This document shows, piece by piece, positions 33,001-50,463 of a stretch of 64,000 nucleotides of DNA. The translations under genes were made by a program, and so were the position numbers. Each line of letters starts with the position of its first letter. Position 1 is the first letter of the stretch. The stretch comes from the human T2T-CHM13v2.0 reference genome, Homo sapiens, in assembly GCF_009914755.1 (NCBI RefSeq), contig NC_060948.1. One strand, 5' to 3'. The notes beneath the pieces are model-generated. The model saw only the letters and a list, made by a program, of their open reading frames with translations. It was not told where the DNA came from and ran no database searches.

Positions 33001-35971
33001 GGACCCGGGACCCATAAATAATCAAATCCTTACCTCCGCCTGGGTGGGACCTGCAGGACCCGGGACCCATAAATAATCAAATCCTTACCTCCGCCTGGGT
33101 GGGACCTGCAGCACCCGGGACCCATAAATAATCAAATCCTTACCTCCGCCTGGGTGGGGCCTGCAGCACCCGGGACCCATAAATAATCAAATCCTTACCT
33201 CCGCCTGGGTGGGGCCTGCAGCGCCCGGGACCCATAAATAATCAAATCCTTACCTCCGCCTGGGTGGGGCCTGCAGCGCCCGGGACCCATAAATAATCAA
33301 ATCCTTACCTCCGCCTGGGTGGGGCCTGCAGCGCCCGGGACCCATAAATAATCAAATCCTTACCTCCGCCTGGGTGGGGCCTGCAGCACCCGGGACCCAT
33401 AAATAATCAAATCCTTACCTCCGCCTGGGCGGGGCCTGCAGCACCCGGGACCCATAAATAATCAAATCCTTACCTCCGCCTGGGCGGGGCCTGCAGGACC
33501 CGGGACCCATAAATAATCAAATCCTTACCTCCGCCTGGGCGGGGCCTGCAGCACCCGGGACCCATAAATAATCAAATCCTTACCTCCGCCTGGGTGGGGC
33601 CTGCAGGACCCGGGACCCATAAATAATCAAATCCTTACCTCCGCCTGGGTGGGGCCTGCAGCACCCGGGACCCATAAATAATCAAATCCTTACCTCCGCC
33701 TGGGTGGGGCCTGCAGCACCCGGGACCCATAAATAATCAAATCCTTACCTCCGCCTGGGCGGGGCCTGCAGGACCCGGGATCCATAAATAATCAAATCCT
33801 TACCTCCGCCTGCGTGGGGCCTGCAGCACCCGGGACCCATAAATAATCAAATCCTTACCTCCGCCTGGGCGGGGCCTGCAGGACCCGGGACCCATAAATA
33901 ATCAAATCCTTACCTCCGCCTGGGTGGGGCCTGCAGGACCCGGGACCCATAAATAATCAAATCCTTACCTCCGCCTGGGTGGGGCCTGCAGGACCCGGGA
34001 CCCATAAATAATCAAATCCTTACCTCCGCCTGGGTGGGGCCTGCAGGACCCGGGACCCATAAATAATCAAATCCTTACCTCCGCCTGGGTGGGGCCTGCA
34101 GGACCCGGGACCCATAAATAATCAAATCCTTACCTCCGCCTGCGTGGGACCTGCAGGACCCGGGACCCATAAATAATCAAATCCTTACCTCCGCCTGGGC
34201 GGGGCCTGCAGGACCCGGGACCCATAAATAATCAAATCCTTACCTCCGCCTGGGCGGGGCCTGCAGCACCCGGGACCCATAAATAATCAAATCCTTACCT
34301 CCGCCTGCGTGGGACCTGCAGGACCCGGGACCCATAAATAATCAAATCCTTACCTCCGCCTGGGCGGGGCCTGCAGGACCCGGGACCCATAAATAATCAA
34401 ATCCTTACCTCCGCCTGGGCGGGGCCTGCAGCACCCGGGACCCATAAATAATCAAATCCTTACCTCCGCCTGGGTGGGGCCTGCAGCACCCGGGATCCAT
34501 AAATAATCAAATCCTTACCTCCGCCTGGGTGGGGCCTGCAGCACCCGGGACCCATAAATAATCAAATCCTTACCTCCGCCTGGGCGGGGCCTGCAGCACC
34601 CGGGACCCATAAATAATCAAATCCTTACCTCCGCCTGGGTGGGGCCTGCAGGACCCGGGACCCATAAATAATCAAATCCTTACCTCCGCCTGGGCGGGGC
34701 CTGCAGCACCCGGGACCCATAAATAATCAAATCCTTACCTCCGCCTGGGTGGGGCCTGCAGGGCCCGGGACCCATAAATAATCAAATCCTTACCTCCGCC
34801 TGGGTGGGGCCTGCAGCACCCGGGACCCATAAATAATCAAATCCTTACCTCCGCCTGGGTGGGGCCTGCAGCACCCGGGACCCATAAATAATCAAATCCT
34901 TACCTCCGCCTGGGCGGGGCCTGCAGCACCCGGGACCCATAAATAATCAAATCCTTACCTCCGCCTGGGTGGGGCCTGCAGCACCCGGGACCCATAAATA
35001 ATCAAATCCTTACCTCCGCCTGGGTGGGGCCTGCAGCGCCCGGGACCCATAAATAATCAAATCCTTACCTCCGCCTGGGCGGGGCCTGCAGCGCCCGGGA
35101 CCCATAAATAATCAAATCCTTACCTCCGCCTGGGCGGGGCCTGCAGGACCCGGGACCCATAAATAATCAAATCCTTACCTCCGCCTGGGCGGGGCCTGCA
35201 GCACCCGGGACCCATAAATAATCAAATCCTTACCTCCGCCTGGGTGGGGCCTGCAGCGCCCGGGACCCATAAATAATCAAATCCTTACCTCCGCCTGGGT
35301 GGGGCCTGCAGGACCCGGGACCCATAAATAATCAAATCCTTACCTCCGCCTGGGTGGGGCCTGCAGCACCCGGGATCCATAAATAATCAAATCCTTACCT
35401 CCGCCTGGGCGGGGCCTGCAGCACCCGGGACCCATAAATAATCAAATCCTTACCTCCGCCTGGGTGGGGCCTGCAGCACCCGGGATCCATAAATAATCAA
35501 ATCCTTACCTCCGCCTGGGTGGGGCCTGCAGCACCCGGGACCCATAAATAATCAAATCCTTACCTCCGCCTGGGCGGGGCCTGCAGCACCCGGGACCCAT
35601 AAATAATCAAATCCTTACCTCCGCCTGGGCGGGGCCTGCAGCACCCGGGACCCATAAATAATCAAATCCTTACCTCCGCCTGGGTGGGGCCTGCAGCGCC
35701 CGGGACCCATAAATAATCAAATCCTTACCTCCGCCTGGGTGGGGCCTGCAGGACCCGGGACCCATAAATAATCAAATCCTTACCTCCGCCTGGGTGGGGC
35801 CTGCAGCACCCGGGATCCATAAATAATCAAATCCTTACCTCCGCCTGGGCGGGGCCTGCAGCACCCGGGACCCATAAATAATCAAATCCTTACCTCCGCC
35901 TGGGCGGGGCCTGCAGGACCCGGGACCCATAAATAATCAAATCCTTACCTCCGCCTGGGTGGGGCCTGCAG
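30015..35971. repeat. 55-bp VNTR (~108 copies)
   Basis: Unit CGGGACCCATAAATAATCAAATCCTTACCTCCGCCTGGG(T/C)GGGGCCTGCAG(C/G)ACC. The period of 55 stays in register across the whole array. Confidence 0.98.
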
Positions 35972-36374
35972 GCCGGCCGTGGATGCAGGACTGGTAAATA
36001 GTCAAACCTTTATCTCCGCCTGGTGTCTCTCCTAGCCATTGGAGGGGTGCTCCCCATGCTAAATATTCGAAACTCAAACGCGGGGTCATGGGATTTTCTA
36101 GTGCAGGAGAGGGTTTTCCATTCCAGGAAGCAGCTGGACCAAGGGCTTCCGTGCCCGGCCTTGGGAGGGGTTTGCAAACACCCCTTGTCGGACACAAGGG
36201 CACGGTCAACAGGGAAGTCACAGCCATTTACAGGGGCTCACACTTGGCCCACTTCACTCAAGCACCCTTCACAACCCTCGGCTCGCAGAACACAGGCAGC
36301 ACCGAGGCACGGACGACACGTCCCTCAGCCCACGTGATGTCCTCCCCTCGTGTCCAGCCCACACCTGGCCGCCC

Positions 36375-39300
36375 AGGACACAGAGGGAGGAAGGGCTGGG
36401 CCCCGAGACCACAGTCCACATCACACCAGGACAGAGGAAGGGCCGGGCACTGTGACCTCCGGTCCTCATGACCCTGGGGCACAGCGGGAGGAAGGGCCAG
36501 GCCCTGTGACCACAGTCCACATCACACCAGGACACAGAGGAAGGGCCGGGCCCTGTGACCACAGTCCACATCACACCAGGACACAGAGGAAGGGCCGGGC
36601 CCTGTGACCACAGTCCACATCACACCAGGACACAGAGGAAGGGCCGGGCCCTGTGACCACAGTCCACATCACACCAGGACACAGAGGAAGGGCCGGGCCT
36701 CATGACCACAGTCCACATCACACCAGGACACAGAGGAAGGGCCGGGCCCTGTGACCACAGTCCACATCACACCAGGACACAGAGGAAGGGCCGGGCCCTG
36801 TGACCACAGTCCACATCACACCAGGACACAGAGGAAGGGCCGGGCCCTGTGACCACAGTCCACATCACACCAGGACACAGAGGAAGGGCCGGGCCCTGTG
36901 ACCACAGTCCACATCACACCAGGACACGGAGGAAGGGCCGGGCCCTGTGACCACAGTCCACATCACACCAGGACACAGAGGAAGGGCCGGGCCCTGTGAC
37001 CACAGTCCACATCACACCAGGACACGGAGGAAGGGCCGGGCCTCATGACCACAGTCCACATCACACCAGGACACAGAGGAAGGGCCGGGCCTCATGACCA
37101 CAGTCCACATCACACCAGGACACAGAGGAAGGGCCGGGCCTCGTGACCACAGTCCACATCACACCAGGACACAGAGGAAGGGCCGGGCCCTGTGACCACA
37201 GTCCACATCACACCAGGACACAGAGGAAGGGCCGGGCCCTGTGACCACAGTCCACATCACACCAGGACACAGAGGAAGGGCCGGGCCCTGTGACCACAGT
37301 CCACATCACACCAGGACACAGAGGAAGGGCCGGGCCTCATGACCACAGTCCACATCACACCAGGACACAGAGGAAGGGCCGGGCCCTGTGACCACAGTCC
37401 ACATCACACCAGGACACAGAGGAAGGGCCGGGCCCTGTGACCACAGTCCACATCACACCAGGACACAGAGGAAGGGCCGGGCCTCATGACCACAGTCCAC
37501 ATCACACCAGGACACAGAGGAAGGGCCGGGCCCTGTGACCACAGTCCACATCACACCAGGACACGGAGGAAGGGCCGGGCCCTGTGACCACAGTCCACAT
37601 CACACCAGGACACAGAGGAAGGGCCGGGCCCTGTGACCACAGTCCACATCACACCAGGACACAGAGGAAGGGCCGGGCCTCATGACCACAGTCCACATCA
37701 CACCAGGACACAGAGGAAGGGCCGGGCCTCATGACCACAGTCCACATCACACCAGGACACAGAGGAAGGGCCGGGCCCTGTGACCACAGTCCACATCACA
37801 CCAGGACACAGAGGAAGGGCCGGGCCTCATGACCACAGTCCACATCACACCAGGACACAGAGGAAGGGCCAGGCCCTGTGACCACAGTCCACATCACACC
37901 AGGACACAGAGGAAGGGCCGGGCCTCATGACCACAGTCCACATCACACCAGGACACGGAGGAAGGGCCGGGCCCTGTGACCACAGTCCACATCACACCAG
38001 GACACGGAGGAAGGGCCGGGCCCCGTGACCACAGTCCACATCACACCAGGACACAGAGGAAGGGCCGGGCCCCGTGACCACAGTCCACATCACACCAGGA
38101 CACAGAGGAAGGGCCGGGCCCTGTGACCACAGTCCACATCACACCAGGACACAGAGGAAGGGCCGGGCCTCATGACCACAGTCCAGATCACACCAGGACA
38201 CAGAGGAAGGGCCGGGCCCTGTGACCACAGTCCACATCACACCAGGACACAGAGGAAGGGCCGGGCCCTGTGACCACAGTCCACATCACACCAGGACACA
38301 GAGGAAGGGCCAGGCCTCATGACCACAGTCCACATCACACCAGGACACAGAGGAAGGGCCAGGCCTCATGACCACAGTCCACATCACACCAGGACACAGA
38401 GGAAGGGCCGGGCCCTGTGACCACAGTCCACATCACACCAGGACACAGAGGAAGGGCCGGGCCCTGTGACCACAGTCCACATCACACCAGGACACAGAGG
38501 AAGGGCCAGGCCTCATGACCACAGTCCACATCACACCAGGACACAGAGGAAGGGCCGGGCCCTGTGACCACAGTCCACATCACACCAGGACACAGAGGAA
38601 GGGCCGGGCCCTGTGACCACAGTCCACATCACACCAGGACAGAGGAAGGGCCGGGCCCTGTGACCACAGTCCACATCACACCAGGACACAGAGGAAGGGC
38701 CAGGCCCTGTGACCACAGTCCACATCACACCAGGACACGGAGGAAGGGCCAGGCCTCATGACCACAGTCCACATCACACCAGGACACAGAGGAAGGGCCA
38801 GGCCCTGTGACCACAGTCCACATCACACCAGGACACAGAGGAAGGGCCGGGCCTCATGACCACAGTCCACATCACACCAGGACACAGAGGAAGGGCCGGG
38901 CCTCATGACCACAGTCCACATCACACCAGGACACAGAGGAAGGGCCGGGCCCCGTGACCACAGTCCACATCACACCAGGACACAGAGGAAGGGCCGGGCC
39001 CCGTGACCACAGTCCACATCACACCAGGACACAGAGGAAGGGCCGGGCCCTGTGACCACAGTCCACATCACACCAGGACACAGAGGAAGGGCCGGGCCTC
39101 GTGACCACAGTCCAGATCACACCAGGACACAGAGGAAGGGCCGGGCCCCGTGACCACAGTCCAGATCACACCAGGACACAGAGGAAGGGCCGGGCCCCGT
39201 GACCACAGTCCACATCACACCAGGACACAGAGGAAGGGCCGGGCCCCGTGACCACAGTCCACATCACACCAGGACACAGAGGAAGGGCCGGGCCCCGTGA

Positions 39301-40684
39301 CCACAGTCCACATCACACCAGGACACAGAGGAAGGGCCGGGCCCTGTGACCACAGTCCACATCACACCAGGACACAGAGGAAGGGCCGGGCCCTGTGACC
39401 ACAGTCCACATCACACCAGGACACAGAGGAAGGGCCGGGCCCTGTGACCTCTGGTCCTCATGACTCTGGGGCACAGCGGGAGGAAGGGCCGGGCCCTGTG
39501 ACCACAGTCCACATCACACCAGGACACAGAGGAAGGGCCGGGCCCTGTGACCACAGTCCACATCACACCAGGACACGGAGGAAGGGCCAGGCCTCATGAC
39601 CACAGTCCAGATCACACCAGGACACAGAGGAAGGGCCGGGCCCTGTGACCACAGTCCAGATCACACCAGGACACAGAGGAAGGGCCGGGCCCTGTGACCA
39701 CAGTCCACATCACACCAGGACACAGAGGAAGGGCCGGGCCTCGTGACCACAGTCCAGATCACACCAGGACACAGAGGAAGGGCCGGGCCCCGTGACCACA
39801 GTCCAGATCACACCAGGACACAGAGGAAGGGCCGGGCCCCGTGACCACAGTCCACATCACACCAGGACACAGAGGAAGGGCCGGGCCCCGTGACCACAGT
39901 CCACATCACACCAGGACACAGAGGAAGGGCCGGGCCCCGTGACCACAGTCCACATCACACCAGGACACAGAGGAAGGGCCGGGCCCCGTGACCACAGTCC
40001 ACATCACACCAGGACACAGAGGAAGGGCCAGGCCTCATGACCACAGTCCACATCACACCAGGACACAGAGGAAGGGCCGGGCCCTGTGACCACAGTCCAC
40101 ATCACACCAGGACACGGAGGAAGGGCCGGGCCCTGTGACCACAGTCCACATCACACCAGGACACAGAGGAAGGGCCGGGCCTCATGACCACAGTCCACAT
40201 CACACCAGGACACGGAGGAAGGGCCGGGCCCTGTGACCACAGTCCACATCACACCAGGACACAGAGGAAGGGCCGGGCCCTGTGACCACAGTCCACATCA
40301 CACCAGGACACAGAGGAAGGGCCAGGCCTCATGACCACAGTCCACATCACACCAGGACACAGAGGAAGGGCCGGGCCCCGTGACCACAGTCCACATCACA
40401 CCAGGACACAGAGGAAGGGCCGGGCCCTGTGACCACAGTCCACATCACACCAGGACACAGAGGAAGGGCCGGGCCTCATGACCACAGTCCACATCACACC
40501 AGGACACGGAGGAAGGGCCGGGCCCTGTGACCACAGTCCACATCACACCAGGACACAGAGGAAGGGCCGGGCCCTGTGACCACAGTCCACATCACACCAG
40601 GACACAGAGGAAGGGCCGGGCCCTGTGACCTCTGGTCCTCATGACTCTGGGGCACAGCGGGAGGAAGGGCCGGGCCCTGTGACT
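36375..40684. repeat. 49-bp VNTR (~87 copies)
   Basis: Unit GACCACAGTCCACATCACACCAGGACACAGAGGAAGGGCCGGGCC(CTG/TCA/CCG)T. Confidence 0.98.
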
Positions 40685-41299
40685 GTGGGAGGAGGCGTGG
40701 AAGCCGCTTCCTGCTCCCGTGCCACACCAGGGCACAGGTCATTTTATAGACTCTCCCAGGGCTGTGGAAGGAGGCGGGAACCAGGAGGCTGGTGTCCCCG
40801 CAGGGCCTCAGTGAAGGGAGGAGGGAGGAGGAGGAGGGAGGAGGGGGAGGGAGGAAACAGATGGGCCAAGAGGAAGCCACAGGGGGCTTTGGGCAGAGAG
40901 GGGGAGTCTCAATGGACAGGAAGAAGGAGGGAGAGGATGGAGAAGGAGCAGGGGGAGGAAGGAGGAGGGGGAGGAGGAGCAGGGGGGAGGGCGGAGTGTG
41001 GGGAGGTGACGGGGCCTGAGTTAGGATGGAAAGAGGCGGAGAGGCCGGTGGCCTGTGGCTTGTAGGCCGACCAGATGTCCCTGTGCCAGGACAGCAGCCG
41101 CCCTCAAGGTACCCCACAGCTGGGGTGAGGGAGGAAACAGGGAGCCGGGACAGAAATGGGGTGCAGGGAGAGAAGCCCCAGCCGTGGCTATGCGGGAGAA
41201 TTCCACCCGGGAACATGGGATCCCAAGGCAGCCCTTTGAGCCGTCCACTGCGGCCCCCAAACGTTCCGTGCACTCTCTGAAGCCCACACTGGCCCTGTC

Positions 41300-42121
41300 C
41301 TGGAGTCCAGCCCGGGGTGGGAGACAGCGGGGTGCGTGGGGAGCACCTGCGGGGTGGACCGGAAGCAGCCAGGAGGAGGCAGGAACGGGGCCCTGGACAG
41401 ACCCCTGACCTGGGCTCCTGGTCAGCTCCAGGTTGGCTCGGGGGGGGAGATCGCAGGCGTGGGCTGCGCTGGGAGGAGCCACTTCCACCGACGGAGGCGG
41501 CACGGGCTGCCCAGGGTCCGGGCCACGCGGGGCGGGAGAGGTCGGAACCTGCAGGGGGAAGATCCCGGTGGGTTTGCTGGCCAAGGCGCTCAGAGCCTGC
41601 AGGCTTGGGACTGCCGGCCCCATGCGTTGACCCCAGGGCCGAGATGAAAGCACCTGTTCACCCCGTCCTGGGGGCTCCGGGAGACCCACCGCAGCCGCGG
41701 CCAGTGGCCCGAGTGGGGCCCGTCAGTCAGACACCTCAATGTCCCCTGCAAGGGCCCCTCTGACCACAGAGAACCCGTGGGCACACACCTCTGGGACGTC
41801 CTTGCTGTCTCTAAGCCCCTGACCGGGGGACCCCGGGGACACCTTGTTGGGACACACCGTGGGGTCCCCTGGGAGGGGTCTTCCGGTCCCCAGTCCTGGT
41901 CTGTGGGGTCCCCGTGGGAGTTCAGGGCGGTGTTTGCAGCCCAGCCGGTCCCGCTCCTGCGGTGGGGACAGATCCGTGGCGGGGGCGGGCTGTCCCTCCT
42001 CCTGGTGGCAGGAGTGTCCGCGCCACAGCCAATCGCAGCGGACTGGGTGTGTTTTAGGAAGAGTGTCCCGCAGAGACCCGGCGGGAGCTGCCAGGAGCTC
42101 TGGGATTCCAGCGGCTGGAAG
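41300..42121 (+). promoter_or_regulatory. PLCXD1: PLCXD1 distal CpG-rich promoter and non-coding first exon (ends 42121)
   Basis: CpG-rich, with GC box GGGGCGGG at ~41981, CCAAT at 42029-42033 and a strong donor AAG|GTGAGT (GT at 42122). Confidence 0.7.
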
Positions 42122-42924
42122 GTGAGTGTGTCTACCCCGTTCTCCTGATGGCAAGTCCCCTACGGGGGACGTGGCGGGTGCCGTCTGTGCCTGTTGTGGG
42201 CTGGGAATCAGGAACCCGCGCTTCCGTCATTGAGGCTCCTTCTCCTCCTCCTGGGACCCTTAGCTGGGGGCACGGGCAGGGGGTTCAGGGGGAGGGTCGC
42301 CTGGGATCTGTGGCCTGGACGTTGGCAGCCACAGGCGGCCTGCACCCCTTGCAGACCGTGAATTCTCTGCCGGGTCAGAGCCGCGGAGCCAGTGTGGAAA
42401 CAGCCCAGGACGGTTATGAAATGAGCCCGGGGGCCACGACTTGCTTGGCCGGTTGGACGTCCTCACCCTGCCGCCGGGGCCTGCGTGGGGACGGGTCGGG
42501 ACAGCTGGGACGGTGGGGATGTTGGGGCACTGGGAATGCTGGGATCTGAGCACCCCTGTCCTTCCGTTGATTCACCCAGCAACCATTCACCCCGTGCGTT
42601 GAATGTGCGCGTCACGGCCACTCACGCCTCTGGGACGTGAGTCTCCCGAGGACTCAGCGGGCGGGAAGGTGTAGGTGTCTCACCCCGCCTGGCGGGTCAC
42701 CGGGCGTCTGGGCCCGTCCGTCATCTGCGCTGTCCCGCCGCGACCGTGAAGGCCAGGGTGGAGAGGACCTCCCCCAGGAAGGGTCAGTGCTCCGTGGGAC
42801 GGCCTCCAGACCCCACTCCGCTGTGCCGTCCGGACGAGATGGCAGAGGTGGCTGGGAGTGGGGGCCGCCCCCGGGGCTCCTTCCTGCTCCACTTTGTCAT
42901 GTGTGGGGAAGGCGTCGGGGGACC

Positions 42925-43960
42925 TGGGGACAGGAGGGGGCGCCCCTCAGTGGTCAGGGGACTTGGGATGTGAGGGGAGGGGTCAGGGGGAACGTGGGGA
43001 CAGATGTGGGGATAGGAGGGGACACCCCTCAGTGGTCAGGGGACCTGGGATGTGAGGGGAGGGGTTGGGGAACGTGGGGACAGGTGTGGGGACAGGAGGG
43101 GACACCCCTCAGTGGTCAGGGGACCTGGGATGTGAGGGGAGGGGTCAGGGCACGTGGGGACAGGAGTGGACACCCCTCAGTGGTCAGGGGACCTGGGATG
43201 TGAGGGGAGGGCTCAGGAGGACATGGGGACAGGTGTGGGGACAGGAGTGGACACCCCTCAGTGGTCAGGGGACCTGGGATGTGAGGGGAGGGGTCAGGGC
43301 ACGTGGGGACAGGAGTGGACACCCCTCAGTGGTCAGGGGACCTGGGATGTGAGGGGAGGGCTCAGGAGGACATGGGGACAGGTGTGGGGACAGGAGTGGA
43401 CACCCCTCAGTGGTCAGGGGACCTGGGATGTGAGGGGAGGGGTCAGGGCACGTGGGGACAGGAGTGGACACCCCTCAGTGGTCAGGGGACCTGGGATGTG
43501 AGGGGAGGGGTCAGGGCACGTGGGGACAGGAGTGGACACCCCTCAGTGGTCAGGGGACCTGGGATGTGAGGGGAGGGCTCAGGAGGACATGGGGACAGGT
43601 GTGGGGACAGGAGTGGACACCCCTCAGTGGTCAGGGGACCTGGGATGTGAGGGGAGGGGTCAGGGGGAACGTGGGGACAGGTGTGGGGATAGGAGGGGAC
43701 ACCCCTCAGTGGTCAGGGGACCTGGGATGTGAGGGGAGGGGTCAGGGGGAATGTGGGGACAGGTGTGGGGATAGGAGCGGACACCCCTCAGTGGTCAGGG
43801 GACCTGGGATGTGAGGGAGGGCTCAGGAGGACATGGGGACAGGTGTGGGGACAGGAGTGGACACCCCTCAGTGGTCAGGGGACTTGGGATGTGAGGGGAG
43901 GGGTCGGGGGACGTGGGGACAGGAGGGGACACCCCTCAGTGGTCAGGGGACCTGGGATAT
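42925..43960. repeat. G-rich tandem repeat with alternating 68/81-bp units (149-bp higher-order unit)
   Basis: The core CACCCCTCAGTGGTCAGGGGACCTGGGATGTGAGGGGAGGG recurs about 14 times. Confidence 0.92.
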
Positions 43961-44125
43961 GATGAAGGTGACGGGAGGGGAGGGACTGTGACGGGGGAAG
44001 GGACTGTGATGGGAGGGAGGGAGTATGACAGTAGCCGGAATGGATGGAATCCGTCATGACACAGAGGATGTGAGTGTACAGCTTTGGGTCCAGCCTGTCC
44101 TAGGAGACACTGATTTCCTCGAGTC

Positions 44126-45885
<1,760 letters not shown>

Positions 45886-45992
45886 CAGACCTGCATTTTA
45901 ACCTCCCCTCCACCCCGCGGCCCCGGGACCCTGGGCATCCGGAGGCTCACAGCGGCCCTGCTGGGATGCTCCAGGCAGATCACTGCACAGCC

Positions 45993-46755
45993 CTGCAGGC
46001 AGAGGGGAGGCCGTGCAGGAGGAGGGGAGGCCGTGCAGGGGGAAGGGAGGCCGTGCAGGGGGAGGGGAGGCCGTGCAGGGGGAAGGGAGGCCGTGCAGGG
46101 GGAAGGGAGGCCGTGCAGGCAGAGGGGAAGACGTGCAGGGGGAGGGGAGGCCGTGCAGGAGGAGGGGAGGCCGTGCAGGAGGAGGGGAGGCCGTGCAGGG
46201 GGAAGGGAGGCCGTGCAGGGGGAAGGGAGGCCGTGCAGGGGGAGGGGAGGCCGTGCAGGGGGAAGGGAGGCCGTGCAGGCAGAGGGGAAGACGTGCAGGG
46301 GGAGGGGAGGCCGTGCAGGAGGAGGGGAGGCCGTGCAGGGGGAAGGGAGGCCGTGCAGGGGGAAGGGAGGCCGTGCAGGCGGAGGGGGGTACGTGCAGGG
46401 GGCAGCGGAGGCCGTGCAGGGGGAGGGGAGGCCGTGCAGGGGGAAGGGGGGCCGTGCAGGCGGAGGGGGGTACGTGCAGGGGGCAGCGGAGGCCGTGCAG
46501 GGGGAGGGGAGGCCGTGCAGGGGGAAGGGGGGCCGTGCAGGGGGAAGGGAGGCCGTGCAGGGGGAAGGGAGGCCGTGCAGGCAGAGGGGAAGACGTGCAG
46601 GCGGAGCGGGGGCCGTGCAGGCGGAGGGGGGTACGTGCAGGGGGCAGCGGAGGCCGTGCAGGGGGAAGGGAGGCCGTGCAGGCGGAGGGGGGCCGTGCAG
46701 GGGGAGGGGGGGCCGTGCAGGCGGAGCGGGGGGCGTGCAGGGGGAGGGGAAGCCG
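45993..46755. repeat. 20-bp G-rich VNTR (~37 copies)
   Basis: Unit GGCCGTGCAGGGGGA(A/G)GGGA with variants. Confidence 0.95.
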
Positions 46756-46949
46756 TCCTGGGCCTTTTCCAGCTGGCTGCAGAGAAGGGGCCAGCTCCCT
46801 CCTGGGGACCCGGAGCCGCGGTACAGGTGTGGTTGCTTCTCTTGGAGAAAGAGGCTGAGCTGACATCCCCCGGGCTGATAAAGAATGGGCTCCTCCTCCT
46901 GGGCCCAGCAGGCTCCCGGGACCCTCCCTCCCTCCCTCCCTCCCTCCCT

Positions 46950-47254
46950 CCTTCCGGGCAGCAGGGAAGATCTGAGTTCATGTAGCTGGTGTTGGCTTAG
47001 GGTCTGGGAGGAAGGCTTTTGGGAAGATGTAAATAAGAACAAAATCTGCAGCCACCTGGGAAGCCTGGCCTCAGTGTGGAAGAGAAGGCAGCAGGATTAT
47101 TACAGAACCTTGTGAAGCCAACGCGGGCAGCCGCCAGGAGCTGCAGACCGAGAGGATCTCGTCCTTTCTTGCGGCCCAGGGAGACCAGGCCTTTCATTCT
47201 GGGCTCGAGACCAACAATTCGAATTCCGAACTCCCCCTGCGTGTGGGACTCAAG
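46950..47254 (+). other. PLCXD1: PLCXD1 proximal 5' non-coding exon (start approximate)
   Basis: Unique non-repeat sequence ending in donor CAAG|GTGGGT. Consistent with my recollection of the PLCXD1 5' UTR exon; not verifiable here. Confidence 0.55.
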
Positions 47255-47339
47255 GTGGGTTTGCAGTTTGCAGGCAGCTGAAGTTTGTCTCTTCTCCAGG
47301 AGGCCGGGGCTTCTTCCCTTCCTCTCTGTCCCATTTCTT

Positions 47340-49902
<2,563 letters not shown>

Positions 49903-49967
49903 TGAAGTCACCGTAAAAAACCTCTTTTCCTCTTCTCCTTCCTCAGGTTGCCCAGGGCTCACCTCTG

Positions 49968-50094
49968 ATGGGCGGGCAGGTGAGCGCTTCCAACAGCTTC
50001 TCGAGGCTGCACTGCAGAAATGCCAACGAGGACTGGATGTCGGCACTGTGTCCCCGGCTCTGGGATGTGCCCCTCCACCACCTCTCCATCCCAG
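49968..50094 (+). CDS. PLCXD1: PLCXD1 first coding exon (exon 49947-50094, ATG 49968); PI-PLC X domain-containing protein 1
   Basis: cctcag| acceptor, then MGGQVSASNSFSRLHCRNANEDWMSALCPRLWDVPLHHLSIP-G, then |gtgagg donor. Confidence 0.96.
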
Positions 50095-50463
50095 GTGAGG
50101 TTGGGGTGGGGCAGGGGCCGTTGCCTCTATCCCAGGTGACGGCAGGGTGGGGCGGGAGCTGTGGCGTCTGCATTCCCCAGTGGGGACGCTGGCTGTAGGA
50201 GCAATCCTGGGTGTAGGGAAATCCTAGAAAGCACACTGATGTGGACACACACATACACACAGTGCACACGTGTGTGCATACACATATGTACATAGTCATG
50301 GACATGCACAGACATGCATACACACAGGCATGCACACATGTGCACACATACACAGGCATACATGCACACACGCACACATGCACATCTGCACACGCACATC
50401 TGCACACACACATGCACATCTGCACACACACATGCACATCTGCACACATACGCATGTGCATAC

